NCBI GenBank assembly: GCA_951406725.2
Contig: OX597818.1
Location: forward strand, 140,306,001 to 140,370,000
Direction of reading: 5' to 3'
DNA length: 64,000 nucleotides
Source of the DNA: Octopus vulgaris
Lineage: Eukaryota
Below the pieces are notes generated by a model. The model was not told the DNA's origin. It was given only the letters and a program-made list of their open reading frames with translations, and made no database searches. The translations under genes and the position numbers were made by a program. Shown piece by piece: positions 54,980 through 64,000 of this stretch (positions are counted from its first letter, which is position 1; each line of letters starts with the position of its first letter).

Positions 54980-55830
54980 ATGTTTGTCCGTCATTATTCT
55001 GTCTGTCTGTTATTATGTTTGTCTGTTTTATTTCAAGATTTCTTACCGATAAAGAAAAAGTCGGTTTCTGACCTAGATTCACGGCTCCTTCACAGGAATT
55101 TCAACAACATCAACAGGGTATCTTTTATATATGTATATGTGCAGATTTGTATGTTTTGTTTTATATATGTATTCTCATACATATATTTGTATATCTAGAC
55201 ATGCTCTTATACAATTAAATGATAAACTTTTGTTTACAGTTCTAGTGAATGATTAGATTTGTAGTCTTCGAAACAGCTTTCTCCTTTCTGATTTTTAGAA
55301 GCCTAATTTCTCAAGGTTAGTATTTAGGCAGTGCGTTCCGTATCCCAGGGCCGCAATAATTACAGGTACAAACCGGAAAGTGTAGTCTGGATAGATTAAC
55401 TGCAGATTTCTTAATAGTTCATCGTCGGTATTCTCTTTTTCACTGATCTTCAGTTTTATCTTAACATCTGCTGGGCAGCTAATTTCCTCAACTGTGCACA
55501 GATTCTCTTCTCTATCCCAAATCATTATATCAGGTCTGTTGTGCTTACATTTCCTTGTATGTATGTATGTATGTATGTATGTATGTATGTATGTATGTAT
55601 GTATGTATGTATGTATGTATGTATGTATGTATGTATGTGGTTACCGATGATGTTGACTTGGTCTACTTTTCGGATTATGGCTGCTGTTGCTTATTAAGTG
55701 GGATTGACTCAGTGCACAGCCTTTCCTCACTTACAAAAAAATCTTCTTGCACAAGCATTGCACGATAACAACATTGATTAAGCTTTGTGCAATGGCCATA
55801 CTCGATAACGAGGGGGCAGCCACCATGTAT
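54980..55830 (-). mobile_element. RLE-type LINE 3' portion (endonuclease + 3'UTR) with (CATA)n tail
   Basis: KCKHNRPDIMIWDREENLCTVEEISCPAD...EKENT...FVPVIIAALG is a PD-(D/E)xK restriction-like endonuclease; interrupted by (TATG)n at 55557-55637. Confidence 0.85.
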
Positions 55831-57644
55831 GTATGTACATGTAAGTGAGTGAAAAAAAATGCAATCATATGAAAGAGACTTTTTATATATCCTTATTCTA
55901 ACTGAATGTCTAAGTGGGTAAACAAGCTATGGAAGGGAAATAATAGTGGGTAAAGCTATGTATCATCTATGATAAAGACAGGTAGATGAAGTGGATAATG
56001 TATTCGGATAATAGTTAGATTAATTCAAAGGAACTGTCTACTTTCAAGATGTTTGTTCATACATTCTTTTTGCTTCTCTTGTACATGTCAGCGAAGTTTG
56101 GCTAGTTTCCAACGCATATAACCAGTGAGGCCATTTTTACTAGTCTGATCAATTTTATAAATATAAATAAAATTTTGCAGACGAGATGCGTAGGGGGCAG
56201 TACTGGTGTGTTTCCTGCAATATCAGGTCTCATGACAAATATTCAAGGTATAGTATCAAATCATTGCGGTATACATCGATAAGTTTTTGGCAGAAGGAAT
56301 AATTCTTGGAAAATTGCAGACGACACTGCAGCAGACAGTCAAAGTGCAAAAAATAAAGTTACTTCTTAAAAACTCAACCGTTAAATTCTAATATTTTTAG
56401 TTGCTTGGTCATTTTTGTTTGGGAGCTCGGCCATGCCTGAAAAATGTTTAGCGGCATTTTGCCTATCTTTATGTTCTGAGTTCAAGTTCCATCACGAGCA
56501 ACATTCTGTTAAATATGATGGAATATATGGCTGAGATATTTACGCCTTTGGAATCAAAGTGCAAATAGACACAGCTATATAAAACAATTAAAATATCTGT
56601 TCCCGATTTAAAACGTTATTTCGGATGTTCAAAGGCTCAGCTAGTACATAATCCTATACATATCAATAGAAGCCTTCGACAAAGATGTGTGAACATTTAT
56701 GGTGACATAGGAATTAAATTTTATTTATATATGCTGACATAGGGATTACAATTTCCTAACATGCTTCAAATATTTGCTATCAATTGCATTCCATTGAACT
56801 GTATACTTTTGCAAAGGTATGGGTTGACCGAACAACTTCTCACAAAATCTTTCCATGAAGATAAAAGCTGCTTTCTACTTTGAAGCTTTAGAAAAATTAA
56901 CATAGCAGACGTGTATTTAATAAATTAAGCATAATCGGATATATACCACCACATAACACGCTTTCAGAATTTGACATATATTTGGACATACTCTCACAAA
57001 CTCAAATGCATGTATAACTACGTATGTTTCATGATTGTAGGCACGTTTTACACACACGAATCCGTACGCACAAACATACTTGCACGCAAACACACACAAA
57101 TATGCATAATCGTATATGTATATATATGGGTGTGTACATACATACATACATACATACATACATACATACATACATACATACATACATAAATACATACATA
57201 TTATATATATATATATATACATAACAATAATGGTTTTTGCAACAAGTTGCTTGACCACATACCGAAAATTTTAGAAATAGCAGCCAAATGACTACTATTT
57301 CCCTTTTCTACAAAAATATGTCTCCACAGACAACAATATTTGTAACTCACATATGGCAAAAAAATAATGAAATCAAAGTCTTCGGTTAATTATGGACGTA
57401 CGTTTCTGGATAAGAATTATAAGACTCATTTCCTTTATCAACATAATATTCCGATAAATCTAGAAATGCTAGGAAAACTTACCTCCTATATTACCTGTAA
57501 TGATTATTTTACTCTCTATATCTGTAATTTTACCCTCTCTCTCTCTCTCTGTATATATATATATATATAGGGTAGAGTGTTTTAGAAATTTCGCTACAGT
57601 GGCCTAGCATGTATAAAAAGTCAACAGACAACATGATCTCAATA

Positions 57645-57998
57645 TAGAATAGTGTACATTTAAACACAAGACAAGCGACCTTCAACAGGCAGCTTTACAT
57701 GCTAGAAAAAGCAGTCAAAACAACCAAAACCACACTTAAGAGAAATTTCGAAGAGAATGAAAAATAAAACCTTTTACCTTATTTTTTTACAATCATTCCT
57801 AGATTTCGAATTCTATTTGGTAAATATAATTCAAAATCTAGGTATGACTGTAAAAAAAGTAACAAGGTAAAAGTTTTACTTTTTTATTTCACTTCAAAAT
57901 TGTTCTTAAATGTGGTTTTGGTCGTTTTGACTGCTTCTAGCGTGTAAAGCTGCGTGTTAAAGGTCGCTTATCTTGTGTTTGAATGTACATTATTATAT
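57645..57998. repeat. Imperfect ~350-bp palindrome (fold-back), centre ~57820
   Basis: GTACATTTAAACACAAGACAAGCGACCTT...GCAGTCAAAACAACCAAAACCACA vs TGTGGTTTTGGTCGTTTTGACTGC...AAGGTCGCTTATCTTGTGTTTGAATGTAC. Confidence 0.92.
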
Positions 57999-58084
57999 AT
58001 ATATATAAATCCATTGGAGATAGCATGTTACTTGTATTAAACAGAAGCAAACGCGTAAGATCCTGTTAATGTTGGACACACAAT

Positions 58085-58247
58085 CACTAGTAACTACCCA
58101 AGTACTTAGGTGGTATTTAACTTATCGACCCCTAAGGGATGATAAGCAAAGTCGACCTCAGTGGAATGTGAACTCAGAATGTAGTGACGGGCGAAATACC
58201 GCAAAGCATTTCGCCCAGTTTGCTAAGGACTCTGTCACCTTACTGCC

Positions 58248-58249
<2 letters not shown>
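58085..58249 (-). mobile_element. SINE family A, diverged
   Basis: TATCGACCCC..GGATGATAAGCAAAGTCGACCTC...GAACTCAGAA matches the family A core. Confidence 0.8.
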
Positions 58250-58329
<80 letters not shown>

Positions 58330-58956
58330 TGATGATGATGATGATTTTGATGATGATGATGATGATGATGTTGTTGATGAAAATTGGTAAATGAGTAACA
58401 AATCTTAAATCAAACGAGCAAATAAAGAAACAAAATGCATCCAGTTAGTGTTCTAGAATACACACAAACAGACGACAAAAAGATCATCAACAATTTTCAG
58501 AACTTTGTACTTGAATATTTCTCGTTTGCTTCGTATATAATCTAAGATTATCCCTTTTCTTATTTTATAACGAGTAGATTGTTAGCCTAAAGGTTGTATT
58601 GAATTAGACGAGAATTATATGGAAAAGAAAATGAAAACTCAGTAAATATAATGTATTAGAAATGGTGTTTACATTATTACACATCTCCAGAAATATATAA
58701 GGAAGAGAGCAGGTGATGGAGGAGGAGGAGATTCAAACAACACCGGCCTCAAAGAAAAATTATATGAAAATATAAAGCAAAGAAAGTTTGGCAAAGATGC
58801 TAAGTTTCATATTCCATTACTATTTTGGAAAATTTAATATGGAGCAGCAACATGAATACACACATATGCATACACATATGCATGTGTATATGTATGTTAG
58901 TATATGTGTGTATATATAAGTATATGTATATATATATATATGTGTGTGTGTGCGTG

Positions 58957-58987
<31 letters not shown>

Positions 58988-59101
58988 ACACACACATATA
59001 TATACCACGGGCATATGATGTAGTGGTTAAGAGCGCGGGCTACTAACCCCAAGACACCGAGTTCAATTCCAAGCAGTGACCTAAATAATAACAATAATTG
59101 A

Positions 59102-59132
<31 letters not shown>

Positions 59133-59165
59133 TCAATAGTAATAATAATAATAATAATAATAATG

Positions 59166-59520
<355 letters not shown>

Positions 59521-59573
59521 ACAACGTCGAAAAATACATTAGGAATAAGAACACAGGTTCGAAATTTCCCCAA

Positions 59574-59619
59574 GACACCTGAAGAAGGCTGGAGGGTATA
59601 TCAGCCGAAACGTTGTGTT
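59574..59619 (+). ncRNA. Minimal type I hammerhead ribozyme motif
   Basis: GACAC-CTGAAGA-A-GGCTG(GAGGGTATAT)CAGCC-GAAA-C-GTT-GTGTT: 5-bp stem I, 5-6-bp stem II, palindromic ACGT stem III, GUU triplet ending at 59614. Confidence 0.75.
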
Positions 59620-59728
59620 AACAACAAAGAAGATGGGGACAAATATCCGTCGATATGTAAATAGTGTAAATAAAGCACATAATTCCTCATCTCTTAAATA
59701 TAGAACTCAGGGTGTGTGCTTGTGTGTG

Positions 59729-59794
<66 letters not shown>

Positions 59795-59801
<7 letters not shown>

Positions 59802-60030
59802 AGCTTAGTAGATAGTGTGTTGGACTCCATGATTGAGACTAGTTTCGATTCCTGGACCGGCCGATGAGTTGTGTTCTTGAAGAAAACCTTCCATTTAACG
59901 TTGGTCTAATACACTCATATCGTAAAACATGATTAATGCTGCGACGGACCGGTGTCCTCCAGGAAGTGGAGGGGAAAATTGGTGTCACGGATAGCGGGAA
60001 ACCGGCCCTATGAGTCTATATGAGTCATGA
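59795..60030 (+). mobile_element. SINE family C-related, diverged
   Basis: GCGTAGCTTAGTAG...GTTTCGATTCCTGGACCGG...GTTGTGTTCTTGA resembles the head of 33914-34244. Confidence 0.6.
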
Positions 60031-62342
60031 TCCTTCATGACTTATATTCATATTTATATAACGAATTAGGCAGAGATACATAGACAGTCAAAGTCTAAAT
60101 ATAGATGTGCCTGTAAATGAAAATAGATATAAACCGAGTTACAAGCATATCCGATATGTCTATCTGTCTATTTATCTACCGATATATACATTTGTGCATG
60201 TGTTTGTGTATACGCACCTCCTTGATTAATGTTTGTCACAATATACAGATCTACTTATAAACAACAACAACAAAAATTGTTTTCAAGATTGGTGTCTCAA
60301 AATAAACTGCCTATCATTTGCACTGCGATATGTTAAAACAGGTCAAATTAAAACGTTGCATCTTCATACCCTACACTCGATGTCGAATATTTGTACCGAC
60401 ACAGCGAAATGCTCTAAGAATATGAACTGACATACTCTTAATATCCGAGGCAGCTTTTTCGATAACAGATTCTAATTTAGCCGTTTGATGTTGTGGGGTC
60501 GTTTTGGTTAAAAATTTCGCATGGCCATCCGTTTTGCGAAAGACATGTGGTACTATTCAGTTTGACTAACCTTACAACATCATTTCTCCTCGTTTTTTCA
60601 ATTTTATTTATCTACAGATAGAAAGACACATACATACCTACATACATACCTACATATATACATACATACATTTTAGCATTACATTTTGCCCGGTGCGTTA
60701 ACGATTCTGCCATCTCTTCCCCCAGTGCAGAATAAGAATTCTAAATTTAAAGTTAGTATTTGTTACTTGAATTATCCAAATTGATATTTGTACTGACTGT
60801 AAGTTGATACCCAGCATCCTGTGATGCAGGGTTCCTTGTTTTATACACATAATCTTATAAGATGCACTCAAGGAATAATCCGTCTGGGTAACAGTGGAAA
60901 CTACTACGAGTAGCTATTGCGCTTAAAATTGCATCAAATCAGCCCTGATCTCGTCTTGCAATAAAAAACAAAACATACCATCCATAGCCTTCACATCTAT
61001 TATCAAACTAAGTATATCTCAGATTATATTATCCCCGTTTTTAATCTGTAGAAATGGATTTGAAAATAACCTGGAATACTTTTTCTCGAAACTGTTGACC
61101 ACGTTGCAAATCTTCACATTTACGCCATAATGAATCTTTCATATTGTAGTAATTCTGTGTTCTATTCCTCTCGCGACAATAGCCAACCGGGGTTTATCAC
61201 ATGAATTAAGTTTTAGGATTAAGCATAATTGTCCTCCTTTAACGAATGATTCTAATTATAAAAAGGCATGTAACTGAACCGAAGATTTTAAATCAGATGG
61301 ATTGACTTAGGAATGAAATCTGTCATTTATAAGGATACAGTTAGTCTATGCTGTCACTTTTGGATGTTACTGTATCACTGCTTGCTAATAACTAATTCAA
61401 TGTCACGTGATAGCATTTGGCAAGTCGGGTCGCTTTAACCTGAAGCTTAATACTGCTTATACGTATAGACATGAATAAGTACATACATGCATATATGCAT
61501 ACATACATGCAAACATGTATACATACGCTTATATACATAACATACATACATATGTATATATGTACACACATGTATATATGTATACACACACACACACACA
61601 CTCACACACACAATATGTATATATAAACACCACACACAAATCTCAGGCACACACATGTATATATAAATTCTCTGTGTGTGTAACAGCGTGTGTGCACAAA
61701 GTTCAAATAAAGGTTAAGTATTAACTAATAGCGTTTTGAAGATGATCTTACGATTCCATAATGATTTTATTACAACGCACCATACACCACATTGAAATGG
61801 ACAGATAACAACGATGTTAAGCAATTTGGACATTTCGAATGAAATTCCTGTTCTCTTGTGAGAAATGAATATTTCTTAGCCTTTTATTCTGTTAAGGGGT
61901 TATTCCATTATAAAGGAGACATTATATCAAATATCTATAAATTTCTTCAGATAAATTTAATAGGAAAACTTAATGGAATGATTGTCACGTGCAGTTATTG
62001 ATTAGATCGGCTTAAAGCTATCAAAACAAATATGACAGTCTTGAAATTAAGGCTTGGGTTACATGCGTTATTTCCTCCTCGCTTGATTGTTGGCCGATTC
62101 GTTTTTGTCACAGATGTTCAATGTTGGTGCCAGGACACGACTTTCCTACACACATGCATATATAAATAAACATACCAGTATAAAAAAATATATATATATT
62201 CTCTAAAAGAACAGCATTGTCAGTGACTTCGAAGTTTCGGTCTACTGAGACATGTGAAAGAATAATAAATAGATACTCTACAAAATGTTTTGTGTATTGC
62301 TTCAGTTCAATATGAAATTGGTTTTATTATAAGTCGATATTA

Positions 62343-62540
62343 AGGTGGAGAGGTGGCCGAATCTTTAGGACGTCGGACAAAATATTTAGCGGCACTTCGT
62401 CTGTCTTTCACGTTGTGTGTTCAAATTCTGCCGAGGTCGACTTCGCTTTTCCTCTTTATGAGATCGATGAATTAAGTACCAGTTGAGCACTAGGTTCGAC
62501 GAGGTCGACTAGCCCCAATTTCAGACTTTGTGCACAACCG
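62343..62540 (+). mobile_element. SINE family A, diverged
   Basis: GTTCAAATTCTGCCGAGGTCGACTTCGC...AATTAAGTACCAGTTGAGCAC. Confidence 0.82.
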
Positions 62541-62549
62541 AAGTCAGTT

Positions 62550-62800
62550 TAGATAACGGTGGAGTTGGGTACCTCCGTTGGGTCGAGTGGCGAGCCATGA
62601 GTAAGGACTGCATCTCGAAGTCATGGTCGTCACTAGAGAGCCGGCGAAAACGGAGGAACTGTGTGTAAGGGATGGACAGTTTGAAGTCGTTAGGGTAGGA
62701 GGGGGAATTGAGTTTAGCACGTCTTTACCCTTCAGTAAAATATTTTGTTGTTTTTATGTTTTTGTCGGTTTGATACACCTACATGTCACCCTTACCCTCC
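62550..62800 (-). mobile_element. Penelope-like element RT thumb fragment
   Basis: Minus frame PNDFKLSIPYTQFLRFRRLSSDDHDFEMQSLLMARHSTQRRYP matches the PLE motif HP...K.SIPYSQFLRLRRICS....F.......M...F..RGYP. Confidence 0.8.
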
Positions 62801-63097
62801 GTTTAAGGTTTGAAGCCAAAACGTTGGCATTAGCATATCTCTGTACAAAGATTGAAAAAAAACATCCAATTGTCAGATCTTATTTGATCCGTTTTCAGTG
62901 TTAAGAACATGGTCAGCAAATGTGCAGAAAGTTTACAGATAAGGATTGAAGTGAATATATCAATGTAGCTCTCCAGTGTCCTAACAATAAGCAAAGGCAA
63001 TGGGTGGAGATAGTTACATAGTGTTAGGAAGTCTCATGATGACCTCAAATACCGGTCTGAGACAGGGCAGGAAAAGACCCTACTCTTTACACTTTTA

Positions 63098-63283
63098 CGC
63101 TTTTACTTGTTTCAGTCATTTGACTGCGGCCATGCAGGAGCACCGCCTTTAGTCGAGCAAATCGACCCCGGAACTTATTCTTTCTAAGCCCAGTACTTAT
63201 TCTATCGGTCTCTTTTGCCAAACCCCTAAATGACATACCAGCACCGGTTGTCAAGCAATGCTAGGGGGACAAACACAGACACA

Positions 63284-63363
<80 letters not shown>

Positions 63364-63527
63364 TACGACAGGCTTCTTTCAGTTTCTGTCTACCAAATCC
63401 ACTCACAAGGCATTGGTCGGCCCGGGGCTATAGCAGAAGACACTTGCCCAAGATGCCACGCAGTGGGACTGAACCTGGAACCATGTGGCTGGTTAGCAAG
63501 CTACTTACCACAGAGCCACTCCTGTTC
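63098..63527 (-). mobile_element. SINE family D
   Basis: Reverse match to 48298-48802 with an internal (TA)n/(TG)n tract. Confidence 0.9.
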
Positions 63528-63829
63528 CCGTGTAGTTACATTTTATATAATTCATATTATTTCCTTTTCTCTTTTTTACATAACACATGTTACTTCGTTT
63601 TCCCTTTAATAGAGGGTTAACTCAAAATATTAGAGACATCTCCGACCCTTTCACATGCATAATAGTTCTCATCAAAAATAGTATTCTATTGTTTCTGTTT
63701 TATTTCATATTTGCTGTTACGTGTTTTGCTTTCCTAACATCCTGTTCTACGTTCCTTTGTCTCCTCCTTGCCTCATAATATTCCGTGTTTTATCTGTGTG
63801 ATTCCCATCTCACTATCAATCAATCGCAC

Positions 63830-63847
63830 TATCTATCTATCTGTCTG

Positions 63848-63913
<66 letters not shown>

Positions 63914-63958
63914 AGTCTGTCTGTCTGTCCGTCTATCTATCTATCTATCTATCTATCT
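63830..63958. repeat. (CTAT)n/(CTGT)n microsatellite
   Basis: Directly visible. Confidence 0.96.
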
Positions 63959-64000
63959 AATGGGTGCGCTTTTCGACTCGTATCAGTTTACGCACCGCCC

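Noticed and set aside
62573-62657. GC-rich nested hairpin resembling a pre-miRNA
   Set aside because: The opposite strand encodes a clear Penelope RT thumb motif, so the pairing is likely incidental.

Overview
AT-rich, microsatellite-saturated eukaryotic non-coding DNA. The repeat repertoire suggests an octopus/coleoid cephalopod intergenic or intronic region, which is an inference. I found no intact host gene, tRNA or rRNA gene, and nearly all track ORFs are translations of simple repeats. The window holds: decayed RLE-type (R4/Dong-like) LINEs tied to (TAA)n and (CATA)n tracts; a full-length but dead mariner; Tc1-like and Penelope-like remnants; about five tRNA-derived SINE families; five long fold-back inverted repeats; and several tandem duplications. 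The least explained signal is a set of hammerhead-ribozyme (HHR) motifs in at least four unrelated small repeats: a 353-bp partial-tandem retrozyme-like unit (44705-45194), a tRNA-headed SINE-like element carrying a minimal HHR (59009-59708), a minimal HHR with a compensatory U3-A8 core (47333-47372, minus), and core variants at 54262 and 35786. There is also a frameshift-free, four-stop 304-codon reading frame (48869-49780) with a Myb/SANT-like N-terminus, a Gln-rich linker and a CCCH zinc finger; the ORF track shows only a 66-aa piece of it. All motifs were read and folded by eye; no searches were run.
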